Under the pieces are notes generated by a model. That model was not told where the DNA came from, ran no database searches, and saw only the letters and a list, made by a program, of their open reading frames with translations. Of a DNA stretch of 64,000 bases, positions 14,071-26,993 are shown in pieces. Source of the DNA: Octopus vulgaris (Eukaryota); assembly GCA_951406725.2 (NCBI GenBank), contig OX597815.1:155496001-155560000 (forward strand), written 5' to 3'. Every line of letters begins with the position of its first letter. The stretch's first letter is position 1. Both the position numbers and the translations under genes were made by a program.

Positions 14071-14453
14071 TGTATATATATATATAGGTTAGGTTTCCAG
14101 AAATTATAAGAAAGGATCAGTTGATTACATCATCTACTGTTTCTATATTGACCTTAGAGGGACAAAAGATAAGACTTTTATGAGTAGGAGTTGAACTCAG
14201 AATGTAGATGGGATAAAATTAAATGATGCGTGGCATTTTTGTCTACTATTCTTATAAATTTCTCACCTTCATCCAGATTGCATATAAGTGAGTGAACCTT
14301 TAAAAAAAGGAAGTAAATTGTCAAGTATTTTTATTGTAATCATTTTGTATTAATAATTTAAGAGAAAATATTTCTGGTGTAGTCTGCACATTTAGAATAT
14401 GCATACAGAATTTATTAAATGTAATTCTTAAACAAATTGAATGTGTGGCATCC

Positions 14454-14508
<55 letters not shown>

Positions 14509-14692
14509 GTATATAAATAATATTATGACCATATGATAACAATTATTTTCCAGTTGCATACATTATATATATGAGTGTGCATGTATGGGTGAATGCACAT
14601 CTGTGTGTATATAATAATATATACATACATACATATATGTAGTTATATATATGTGAAAGCAAGTACACAGATGTGTATGTATGTGTGCATAT

Positions 14693-14728
<36 letters not shown>

Positions 14729-16140
14729 TGTGTGTGTGTGTGTGCATAGCTGTACACTTATATACATACTCTTCATCAGTCATACACACTAATGTGTGCA
14801 TGCATATAAATATCATCTCAAAAAATGGAGAAAATAGATCTTGTGTTTACACATCATTGCTAAATTAGATACACACACACACACAAATGTATACATACAC
14901 ACACATATATTACACATACATATATATATATATATATGAATATATATATTAATTTTCAGTCTTGTGTTCCCTATAATACTTTGTACATATTGTCAATATA
15001 TTAACAAGAGTAACAACAACAACAACAACAACAACATCATCAACAACAACATAGTCATCTTCATCATCGTCATCATCATCATCATACAAAAGGCAGATAA
15101 AAAATTGTTTTATGAAACGATTGATTTGACAAAATCTCAGGTTCGCTTTTCTGACTGCAAACATTTTGATAGAAATAAGATGAAACATTATAAATAGTTG
15201 AATAATAATATTACTTCCAAATTTTGATGATTTTTAAAAGTTTTTTTCTTCTCAAAAAAAGTTTATTTAGAGATAAAAAAAATATTCAATATTTTTTTGA
15301 TTTTTTTTTTAAATTTAATTTTTTATTTTTATGTGATGAAAAAAATTGTCTGTTATTTATGCCACAAAATTTATTTCTTGTTTGGATGTACTTGAAAATA
15401 AGGCTGCTTTTCAAGGGACTGAATTGTTTTTTATATTTCTTGTTTTTTACCAAAATTCTTTAATTCTTTTTTTTATGCATTTTTCTTTTTTATTTTGTTT
15501 AATTTTTTCACATTTTTTTTAGATTTTGTTAGTTTTTGTTGTATATGTTTATTTGATCTTCCCTTTCACCATCTCATTAAATATTTCTAATACATACCAG
15601 ATATTGTAAAATTTTCTAAATCATTCACTTTTATTTTCTTTGTAGCTTTTGGCTTATGTAAGTTGAAGACCACAAAATGTGTAGGATACGATGAGGGTAT
15701 GTTATGATCATAAATGCAGCATAAATGAAATAGGAATGGCTTCTATCAGGAACTGAAACTGAATTTGTCGACTCAACTTGCTAGGAGCTGACCTCTAACC
15801 ATAATATCCATTAAAAAAAATCCTTTCCCTCTTTTATGTCTTTTCTTCTCATATTTATGAAAGATTGAGTTTAAGAGTGAGGAAAAAAGAAGAGAGAGTA
15901 TGTTTATGTATATGAAAACCTATTTGTGTCTTTAGGTATTTGTGTGTGTTCCTATTCTTATTTAAATAATTGGAGATTCAAAATACTTTAAAAAGTCAAA
16001 TTTATTTGTTGTGTCATAAGGATTCAGTGTGAATGTTTTGCATCTAGACTAAGCATTGTTCTTTAGTTTACATAGACATCCTTTTTTTAATTTTACTCAC
16101 ACAAACATACGTTCAATTATTTTCAAATGATTAGACTACG

Positions 16141-16181
16141 CTTCACTAATGAGGCCTAATATGACTGAAACATGTCCGGAG
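16141..16181 (+). ncRNA. Decayed minimal type I hammerhead ribozyme motif
   Basis: cttca-CTAATGA-ggcc-taatat-gact-GAAA-catGTC-cggag. Core CUGAUGA has one change; palindromic ACAUGU stem III; GUC site; stem I CUUC/GGAG. Confidence 0.6.
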
Positions 16182-18750
16182 TTGTCACCATACTGTCAAA
16201 AGATCAGACACGCTTCCCACTGCATTGTATTTTTAATTAATTTAAATTCCAGTGGTTGTCTTCCTTTTCTATCTTTATCAGAGTTGATCGTGTTGATGAT
16301 TTTTGTTCCTTTCAATATAGATGTTATTTTAATTTAAATTTTGTGGCTCATAGTGTGAAGTATGTTAGTGACTTCATTACTAATTATTTTACAGCAAAAG
16401 CCAAACTTATAAGTTAATATTCTGTTTCATTTTATTTACTTTCAATTTTTTTTTTATATGATTATGATTAGAAGTGCAAATAAGAGTTATTTTTAATATT
16501 TATACTTTCTCACAATGGTATATAACTTTTTGGTTTGGCAATCTAAACAGTTTTACTTCTTGTGCCTTCACAGCCTTCATTGCAAGCATGATGTAGCTCT
16601 CTATCACAATAATGAGAAATAGAGCTAAATTCATTAGCTTTTGTTCATATATATATTCCATTGGTAGCTTGAGATACTTTTAATAGTACATATTCTGTAA
16701 AACTATAGCAAATAAATATAATGGCTCCATTTGAATGGGATCTTGAAAACTGCCCTAGATCATAATGAATTAGATGGATACTTATAAGCTATCAAATTCC
16801 AGGATAATTTTAAATATCACCTAATTATTTCCCTTTGTCACTGCCCATTTAGTCATTTTTATTTTATGGAAACAGTGAAATACAACAAATTAGGAGTGAT
16901 ATAAATTATTAAAACCCTTTAATGTGGTGCCACTACTGCATGGCTGCAGTCCAATGATCGAAAGCAGTAAAATAGAAATAAAAGAATTGGTAACCTAAAG
17001 TCTGAAGCCTAGGTGGCCCAAAATCTCTGCAAGTTTTAAACTACATGAAATTAATATAAGAATGTGTCTCAAGATGATGGAGTTGAAACTGTGTAAGCTG
17101 AGAGCTTCACTTGCTACAGATACAACAAACAATCTTAGTTGATATATGACATTTACAGCAGAAATTATGTTCAGAAAGGAACTATTTGCAGATAAAGCAA
17201 ATAACAACTTGAAGGACACATGCAAAATATTGATTGTATTTCACATACCAATTCAGTCAGTGAATTATTTATATTAAATGCCATTGAAACTAGTTACTGA
17301 AGATACATTCAAAGAAGGTCTCTAAAACAATGTGCATGCTACCTAACTCTGGAATCAGTTTTTTTGCCTGTGTATAAGTAAATCAGTTATCAGCTTCCAA
17401 CTCTTAGAAGAAACAATTTATGCTAATGCAATTAATAGCTCCATCTTTCATCTGTTGGGAAGCATCTGATATTATATACAAAGACTTGCATTATTAGACT
17501 AACAAGTTCTATCTTTAACATTAACCAGTCAAAGAAGCAGGAACTTTATTAATAAAGAGGTGCCATGACAACCTGTCACAGTTCTCTTGATGTCTTTTAC
17601 ATAAGAGCAGAATCTACATATGCCACTACTGGTTAATTAGCATGAAAGACGTCTATCAATTTACTTTCAATAAAATCTCTATCTGAAAAGGGACATTTAT
17701 ATCAAAAAGTTTCTTAGATACCTCATCAAATTAAATGAAACCCTTATTTATTTTCTTTACATTTTTCCATGTTATGGTTGGAATAGATTTTGAAAGGTTT
17801 TTAAGAATTTCACTCTATTGAAATGACTTGCTACAGCTTGATCCCATTCTTAACACTATCCACTTAGCAGTGAAAAGAATGTAGCACATATCTCAAGGAT
17901 GGAAGCTCGCCTATATTTCTTGAAACATTATTTTACAACTATTCAAAGTCCAGAGTTATATTTATTCAGGTTCGTCTTATTTTGTAAACCCTTTGTTTGT
18001 ATAATTTTTTTTTTTTTGTGTTTCTTATTAGTTTTGGTCTGAAGGAAGGAACTTTTCCCATAGTCATTGCAGACCTCCACAACCAATGACATCAAGCCAA
18101 TAACATTCTTTTTGGACAGTTCCAAGTTGACAGCTGCAGAAAAAAAGTGCAGGGGGGATGAAATCCAAGGGAAAGATTTTGATATAAAGCAGGCAGCAAA
18201 CGTGATGGTTAATTTCAACTAGATTCAATATTGACATTGTAAACAAACTCAAGGCCTCAAGGATGGAGGGTGGGGTGGAGAGAACAAGGAGCAGGGTAGT
18301 TTGATGTGAAGGCAAGGGCATTTTTAGGACATAAGCAGTGCCAATGAGGTGAATTAGTTTCAAATGGAAATTGAAATGATGTCACACATTGAGATCTTAC
18401 CTCTTATTCTAATGGGTTCATTCCAACTATATATGATATTGCCAAAATAAAATGCATTTCACATTTTAAGGGATATAAACTATATCACAAGCAGTTAAAA
18501 TTATCATTTATTAAAAGTTGTTAATTAGATAAGAATATAAACCGAATCTTTAGAAATAAAAGTTTTGCAATATTCTTTTTATGCCATTAATTTTTTAATG
18601 GTTTTGTTCATTGGACTGTGGCTATGTTGGGGGACTACCTACAAGAGTGTGTATCAAATCTGGTACATTATTTCAGTCTGGCATTTATCTTATCAATTTC
18701 TATTTGTGCAGTCACTAGGTTGCAAAACATAAGCACACACACACACACAT

Positions 18751-18798
<48 letters not shown>

Positions 18799-20772
18799 AG
18801 CTCCAGCAAACTTTCCAGCAATCAAATTTCCATTTACAAGGTATTAATCAACTTGGATCTTCTATAGCAAATACTTGCTCAAGGTGCTGTACAACGAGAT
18901 TGAACCCTAGAACCATGTGATGGTGTTAAACTGGGTGACAGTTTATGTCTACCTCCATTTAATTTATTAGCATTATCATTGTTGCTATTACTAACATAAT
19001 TATAGGAATGGTGGAAGCAGTGAAGCACAAGACCAAATGTAATCTATTGTCATTCTCTTCTTTGACTTAATGGTATTATTTTGTCATTAATTTGTTCAGA
19101 GTTCAAATCCTCCCAGAGTGACTTCTACATTTCATCTGTCAAGGGCTGATAAAATAACCATTTATAATGTACTAGATTTGATTTAACCTACCGTACTCCA
19201 AACCTGCCATAACTGGTCATGTACCTAATTTAAACTATAAATTTTTATCTTTATTAAAGATATTATTGATATGAAAGAAATATGCAAAGCAAAAATAGTT
19301 AAAAGTAAAAAATAGTTTTTATAACTTTCATAATTATTTATATTATTTCTCTTAATTTTAAATGATCATGGCAGTAGCAGAAATGGTAAAGCACCAGACT
19401 AAATGCCTTAAAGTATTTAATTTTGTCCTTATTTTCTGAGTTCAAATCCTTTTGAGGATGACTTTGTAATTCTTTGACATTTGATTAAAAATATATATGA
19501 AACATGAACTGGAGTGGTAGTGGGAGATCAAATCATTCAATTTCCTATACCCCTTCTGCTACAAATATGTGGCCTTGATTCAATATGAGAACCCTTTATT
19601 TTTATCATTATATATCATCATGATCATTATCATCACCATTTAAATTGAGCACTCTGTAAATATTGATGATGGACCCTGGGAATACCTTTATGAAGACATA
19701 CATGTATAATGCTAGAAATACAACAGATGAATATTTTTCTAGCTACATGCCATACTTATTTAGATACTCCAGAAGAGCCAGCATTCTATTATTTGTCAGT
19801 AAACACCAGTTAGTTAGCAGACACTTTCACATACATCGTTAATAATTTAATTCGGTTTGATTTAATTTCTTGATATTAACACAAATAAATTTATTGATTT
19901 TATCAATAAAATCCAAGAAATTCAGTTTCTATATATTCTTAAAAATTTAGATAATTTCAATATATATATTTGGGGGTTTATTTATATATATTGCTGTGTA
20001 GCTGTTATGGTGTGTGTGGCTGAGTATGGTGGTTTCAATGAGCTTTGTTGCAATCAGAAAAAAAAAAAAAATAGATAGAATAAAACAAAATAAAAATCAT
20101 TTCACTTGGTTCTATACGGGTGATTTGAAAAGATCAATATTGATAGTAATGGATTACTTTTAAAAATAGTTAAAAGGTAAGTACATTTACATGATTTTTG
20201 TTTTTGCAAACAGCTGTCAATTTTGTTCTATTTTTATTTCCTTTAGCTTTCATTTTTCTCTTGTTTCATGCAATATGCAAAATGTGTGTGTGTGTGTGTG
20301 TGTATATGCAGATATGTATGTGCTTGTTATATATATATGTATATATACAAAACAATGCCTTATGTGTGTATATATAGAGATAGATATACAAACGAACATA
20401 CAAATATATGAATACACATATATTCATAAGAAAAACCATAATTATTGATATATTTCTAGCTAATACTGATATATCATATATGCATTTATCATGTGTATAT
20501 AAATTATTTACAATGAGCTGTGTTTTTATATGTGTGTGTGCTTGTATGTATATATATATATGTAATGCATACATACACACACACACACATACACACACAT
20601 ATATATATAGTATACACACATACACATGTTTACATCCATGTACATTATATATAAATATATATATACACATAGACATGTATATATATGTGCATACACATGT
20701 ATGTATATATGCATATTCATATATATATGATTTACTGTATGTGTGCATGTATGTATATATACATGCTTACAT

Positions 20773-20803
<31 letters not shown>

Positions 20804-21728
20804 CACACACACACATAATATATTATTTTAGCTCTTTCCCATGTAACAAATAATGTACATTATCACTGCACATATATTATCTTTAACCCCTGTTACTCTG
20901 TGCAGTTCACTGGATTATCTGAATATCAAACAATATCCACAGTCTCTTCATATCTTTCTCATGATTTACATGATTTCACGGAATGGATTTAGCACACCAT
21001 TTTTCCACTGAACATCTCTTAGTAGTATTGTTCATTTTAGGTGGAAAATTTGAAAAAAAATGATATTCACTTTATTAATAACATTTCAACATGTTTTTGA
21101 ACATTAGTAAAGAAAAAAAAATTTCCTTTTTTTTTCCTGATTTTTATTATTATTATTTTTTTTTATTTTCCAATTTTAGCTATATGAAAATGACCACAAC
21201 TGAAGACAAAAATCTGGTGGTGGAACTTGTGTTTCTGTTGGTCATATAATGGTTGTGATTAGTAACAATAATTGTACTAATAGTAGTATTTATAGTAGTC
21301 ATACTGCTACTCTTACTAAGTAGTATTGGTAGTAGTAGCATTGGTGTATTTGTGGGAAATAAACCACTTCCTTTGCATAGGATTAGTAATGCGTGCCAAC
21401 TTGCTTAGGACATTACACACATATACATAAACACACTTGCACACATCCATCAACATATATGCATGTATGTATCTCTGTATGTACATGTAGATGAAATCAA
21501 AATAAATACAAGCTGGTATGTCTGTGACAATATATTGGTAAATATACTTTGAAATGTCTCCTTTTAATGAAGGCATTATTATTGTTATGTATTCATCAAT
21601 TTCATTGTCATTCATCATAATCAGCGACATTTTCACCATCGTCTTTGACATCTCCATCGCAGTCATCACCATCAGCTTTTCTTCTCTCTGTTATCATAGT
21701 TGGGATTTTTGTATTCTAGATGAAGCTT

Positions 21729-21898
21729 TCATTTAAATTTTAAGTTGAGTTTGTTGGAGATCTTTTTGAAGCGGGAAACTGAATGGCTTGAACGCTTCTC
21801 TAAAGAGGAACCACTCCCACTGAGTTCAGCAGCACCGCCAAAATTGCTCCCATCACCTGTACAAGGGGATGGCCATCGAGTTATTTTCTGAAGAGATT
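21729..21898 (-). CDS. PLCE1: Probable terminal coding exon of PLC-epsilon (ESLQKITRWPSPCTGDG...SRFKKISNKLNLKFK*)
   Basis: Strong acceptor ttttatattttacag|AA. The phase-1 join with the previous exon gives an open 170-nt frame ending in TGA at 21731-21729. GC-elevated island in AT-rich DNA. No homology check was possible for this divergent tail. Confidence 0.7.
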
Positions 21899-23914
21899 CT
21901 GTAAAATATAAAAAGAAATTGAATATATATATGCTTATGTAATTATCTAAAGTAATATATCAAGCAAAATGGATGAATAAACTGGAGATTATTTTTCTAT
22001 ATAAAATAATGTCAGCTATTATAAACATTAACCTTGTAATAACAGGCTTGTTCTTTTCTGTCAAACATTAGTGCTTATATCAATAAATCAATCAATAAAA
22101 CAATAAGCAAACAATGACTTGAAAAACAAAAACAAAATATAAAAAAGCAAAAACCCAAAGCAGATCACATAGCTTGTGTGTCATAATGATGAATAGTCAT
22201 GAATAAGATCAAAGCCCCATGCAATGAAAAACATGATCATGCTAAAAGTATAAATAATTTAATTTCCTAGGAAGCTGGCTAATATCCTTTCATTTATATA
22301 TTTACTATACAAGGTGGTTGATGGCAGAATTGTCAGAGCATTGAACTTCACTGTGTTCACTTATGATCTGTGTTCCAATCCCACCAAGTTTATTTTGCTG
22401 TCCATTTTCCCAGGAATGATAAAATAAGTACCAATCAAGTACTGAAGTTGGTATAATTGACTGTTCCTTCCTCAAAATGTGTGGCCTTGTGCCTATGTTA
22501 TTAGGATATATTAGTAAAAGCCAGAGGGTGGAAGAACTGGTGAAGATTAGTACTATATGCCTCATGGCATTTAGCTATGTCCCTTTATACAGTGAGTTCA
22601 AATTTTGGCCAAGTTCAGCTTTGATTCATTTTCTTTCATGTTTGGTAAAATATGATTCTGATTCAATTCCTTGTTTCCTCCCACATCTTGTATGATGCCA
22701 GTCTGGGAAAATGTTGTTTTGCTGTAAGAGTGGCATTCATGAATGGTTGAGAAAAGAACATGCAATATTTAGTTATTTTTCTTTAGGCTTTTGAATTCAG
22801 TTGTTTTTATGCTCATGTTTTTTTCTGCTTTGTGTGTAAGTCTCTATGTTGTCGTTCAGCTTGCTAGAAATAGAAGCCACATCTCTATGAAATTACATCC
22901 AGCATTTTAAAAGACAAAGGACATATTTGATAACACAACCTTAAATATCTGAAAGAAATAAAAACAAGATGCTTATGGTTGGAATGACTTGATCATAGAT
23001 CTAGTAAATCAGGGCTGGCTAAACAAAAAATTACCTTCTGTTTTGCAGGATTGACAAAATTAGTTGTATGAGTTGATTTTAACAACTGTCACTCCCCGCC
23101 ACAAAAAAAAAAGAAGAAAAATGTTACCTTTGTACCAAAGTTAGTTGCTACAGGTCTATAGTTGACAACCTTTTTGACATCGTAGTGCACTGATGATTTA
23201 AAAAATGGCTGGCACTTTTCATATGGTAAGTTTAGAAAACAAAAATATTTCAAAGTTATAATTTAGAAAAAATATATATATTTAGTCATTAAACTCATAT
23301 GTAGCAGCATGGTTCAGAAAATATAATTGTTTTGTTCTGTTATAAAAGAATCAAAATGCCAGCTTTGTTGTTGAGTGAAGTTTACTCTTGGTAAAAGCAC
23401 TTGAGTATTAACAACTGAAATCTTTACCATGCACTAAATGCGATTTCCAGAATGGCATTGCTAAATGACCTAAATTGGAAGGAAGAACAGACATGAATAT
23501 TTGATCATAAAACATTTGGTGATGTTAGATCAACAAAGGTTATTATTTAATCAAGAAAAATTAGCCAAGATCTACAAATTATTTTGTTAGATTCATGAAG
23601 ACATGAGCTACGTATGTGAATGAGAATAAAAATTGACCAGCAAATGCTCAACAGTTATGATGATGAGGCTATAATTACTCATAGATTTATCATTGAAGAA
23701 AGAGACCTAATTTTAAATTGAGATTGATGTTCCAGCTACCAAAAACTGCAGCTACCTAAGGATCTAAATTCAATCCTGTCAAAGCTTCAGGGTATCAAAA
23801 CACACTACACTGTTACTCTTGCAATCACCACAGATAATTCTTTTAAAAGAGAAAAATGCCTTCTATGTATACATATGTTTTGCATATCAATATTTTAATC
23901 TAATGTAGTTTTAT

Positions 23915-24285
23915 GTCATCATCATCATCATCCTCATCATCATTATCATTTAACATCCGTTTTCCATGCTCGCATGGGTTGGATGGTTCGACTGGGGTCT
24001 GGGAAGCCAGGAGGCTGCACCAGGCTCCAGTCTGATTTGGCAGTGTTTCTACAGCTGGATGCCCTTCCTAACACCAACCACTCCATGAGTGTAGTGGGTA
24101 CTTTTAACATGCCACCGGCACAGGTGCCAGGAGAGGCTGGCAACAGCCACAATTGGTTGGTGCCTTTTTACATGCCACCGGCATGGAAGCCAGTCAAGGT
24201 GGCGCTGGCATTGGCCACGTTTGGATGGTGCTTTTTATGTGCCACTAGCTTGGGTATCACAACTACAATTTCCATTTGATTTTTA
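23915..24285 (-). mobile_element. RTE LINE 3'UTR fragment; related pieces at about 650-860 -, 32895-33260 +, 41990-42250 -, 50478-50620 -, 60545-61030 -, 62520-63025 +
   Basis: All share ttaggaagggcatccagctgtagaaac...ccaacccatgctagcatggaaa...gttaaacgatgatgat with the 3' end of the LINE at 6496-9530. The 60545 and 62520 copies extend into the ORF end. Confidence 0.85.
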
Positions 24286-24457
24286 TGTGCATATATTAAT
24301 TTAATTTTAGCATTGGGAGCTTTTTCTACACATCAGTGAATGTTTTAGTATTGAAATGAATATTTTTTTGACTTATTTCAGAATAACTAGGAGTGTTTAT
24401 CACTCAGGAAATCCAACAACATTCTGAGCAACATCTTTTTTTTTTAATTATTACATA

Positions 24458-25366
24458 CAAGGTGCATTCAAAATGTATCTGACTTTTCCTGCTGAAACTA
24501 AAACTGTGTAGGTAGAATCCTTTGGGTTGAAGGTGACACCACCCTTTCTGCCCATGTGTAAAAATTTTCATGCTGGTAGGTGGCATCAGTTCCTGGATGT
24601 TATGCCTAGAGTACAGACATGTAGTGTGTGTGCATTGGATTTTTGTTTTCTTAAATGAATTGAACAGAGATTTTGCATCAAGCTTTGCCAAAAGCTCAGT
24701 GATACTCAAGCTCAAACCATCCAGAGTATTGAGCAGACATTTTGTAATGATGCCATGGGAAAAACTCAGATCAAAGAGTGGTACAACTGCTTCAAACATG
24801 GCCACAGCTTAGTGGAGAGCAAGGCACACTCAAGCAGGCCACCCACAAGCTGAAATGTGGAGACATTTGAGAAGTTTTGGCGAATAGCCATAGAAGACTG
24901 TCATGTAACAATCCAAGTAACTGCTCATGAAGTGGGAATTAGCACACAGTCAGTGCATTTCTTTTGAACAGACGATTTATACATGCTGTGAGTGTTGGCA
25001 ACATTTGTCCCCAAGGTGCTGATAGAGCAGCAGAATCAAATGTGCAGGGAAATTGCTCAGGACATGCTGGACTGTGCAAACTACGACCCAGACTTCATTA
25101 AGACTGTCATCACTGCTGATAAGACATGGGTTTATGGTCTCCGCTTGATGAATTTGGTCATCTTGTATAAAGATGAAAATCCGTTTTAGTCCCATCTATG
25201 TCTGTACTCAAGCCACAATAGCTGAGATCTGATGTAGCCAACTGGTGTAAAAATTTTCAAGTATGCGCAGGAAGGATGGCACCACCTCCCACCTAAATGA
25301 TTTTGCCCATGTGGCATTAGTTTTGGTGGGAAAAAATGAAGCTGGATACTTTTTGAATGCACTTTG
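24458..25366 (+). mobile_element. Internally deleted mariner DNA transposon with long inverted termini
   Basis: TA|caaggtgcattcaaaatgtatc ... gatactttttgaatgcactttg|TA with imperfect inverted ends of about 170 bp. Transposase remnant EQRFCIK...IKEWYNCFK...FVPKVL...VITADKTWVYG, deleted after the first catalytic Asp. Confidence 0.9.
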
Positions 25367-26176
25367 TACACATCCTTTGGAGAAGCTTCTCTTTGACAAA
25401 TTATTATAGGTAGTACAGTTCTACATCTATATTATCATTCTGAATGTTTGCTTGTTCATACGTTATGATTTAGTTTTTTGGAAGAGTGGGGTCTGGAGTG
25501 AGTGAGAGTGACAGAGAGGGAGTCTGAGAGTGAGTGAGACAGCAGACAGCTACTAAACCATGCTGTCATGTGGTTAGTGGAAGTCAGAGGTGAAGAGAAA
25601 GAAAGAGAGAAACATTAACAAATTGATAAGGGGAATTACATGGCTAAAATGATTGTTGAAGTAAGAGATAGAGGTAGAGAGAGGGGGGAGAGAGGGGGGA
25701 GAGAGAGAGGGAGAGAGAGAGTGCTTTGCAGATGAAAATTTTGAAATCCTAATATATTAGGACTGGAAGTGAAATAAGTTAGCAAGATAGCCATGGGTGT
25801 TATTATTTTTCAGTTAGCAATGGAATTGAAACTAATAATGTAAAAAAGAAATCATTACTTTTTTACTTGCTTCAGTCATTTGACTATGGCCATGCTGGAG
25901 CACCACCTTCATTGTGCATATTCTCTATAATTGTTTATAATGTAAAGTAATTATGATAAAATATTGTGTAATAAGGAATATGCAATTATATATTGATCAT
26001 GTAGCTTCGACAGAATTAGATATTAGATATTAATATGTATCAAACATTGTACAGGTATTGTTATATTTCGGAATGGTCATTTTGCCAGTTTAGCCAATAA
26101 AAACACATGCACTATATATTTGGTGTTATTTTGCTTCAGTGTTATTTATTTTTTACATTAATCTTAATCTTATTTC

Positions 26177-26221
26177 GGCCAGAGTTCTTTTGTCACACTC
26201 CTGTGACTGCATCAGTGGTCC
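26177..26221 (-). ncRNA. Decayed minimal hammerhead motif downstream of the Penelope ORF
   Basis: Minus strand reads ggacca-CTGATGCA-gtcaca-ggag-tgtgac-AAAA-gaacTC-tggcc. Perfect 6-bp stem II, stem I CCA/UGG, two core substitutions. Confidence 0.55.
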
Positions 26222-26569
26222 TTTGTTTTCTTCTTTCTTATTTGTGTCTCTCCTTACTAACCGTCAGCCATTTTGTATTCTATTGTATGTCTTCATTTGC
26301 GCATGCTTATATCTCTATGTGCGTCTATGTTTATTTAGTGTGTGTATGTGGGGGGATGCCTGTAATATTTGTATCTTCTGTTTATATACGTTCATGTAAT
26401 TTGTATTTTGTTTTTGTTGTTGTCGTTTTTGTTTATTCTTATTTTGTTCATGTGTTTACATCCACTTATTATTATCATTACATAGGCTTGTATGTATGTA
26501 TGTATGTATAACAACAATACCAGTAATAATAACAATAAATCGAATCGAAAAAAAAAAAAAATATATATA

Positions 26570-26799
26570 TACTCTTTTACTCTTTACTCTTTTACTTGTT
26601 TCAGTCATTTTGACTGCAACCATGCTGGAGCACCACCTTTAGTCGAGAAAATCGACCCTGGGACTTATTCTTTGTAAGCCCAGTGCTTATTCTATCGGTC
26701 TCTTTTGCTGAACCGCTAAGTGACGGGGACGTAAACACACCAGCATCGGTTGTCAAGCAATGCTAGGGGGACAAACACAGACACACAAACACACACACG

Positions 26800-26833
<34 letters not shown>

Positions 26834-26993
26834 TACGACAGGCTTCTTTCAGTTTCCGTCTACCAAATCCACTCACAAGGCATTGGTCGGCCCGGGGCTA
26901 TAGCAGAAGACACTTGCCCAAGATGCCACGCAGTGGGACTGAACCTGGAACCTTGTGGTTGGTTAGCAAGCTACTTACCACACAGCCACTCCT
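26570..26993 (-). mobile_element. tRNA-derived SINE, family A (also 27858-28260 +, 44285-44700 -, 54256-54690 -, 58497-58888 +, 61037-61410 -; fragments 4358-4506, 25855-25910, 39970-40130)
   Basis: Head ggagtggctgtgtggtaagtagcttgct...ggttcagtccc (A/B boxes), internal (TA)(TG) microsatellite, tail gaaacaagtaaaagagtaaaagagta; near-identical copies in both orientations. Confidence 0.92.

Noticed and set aside
17943-18363. GC-elevated stretch with 90-100 aa ORFs
   Set aside because: No recognisable domain or splice structure; probably UTR or intergenic.
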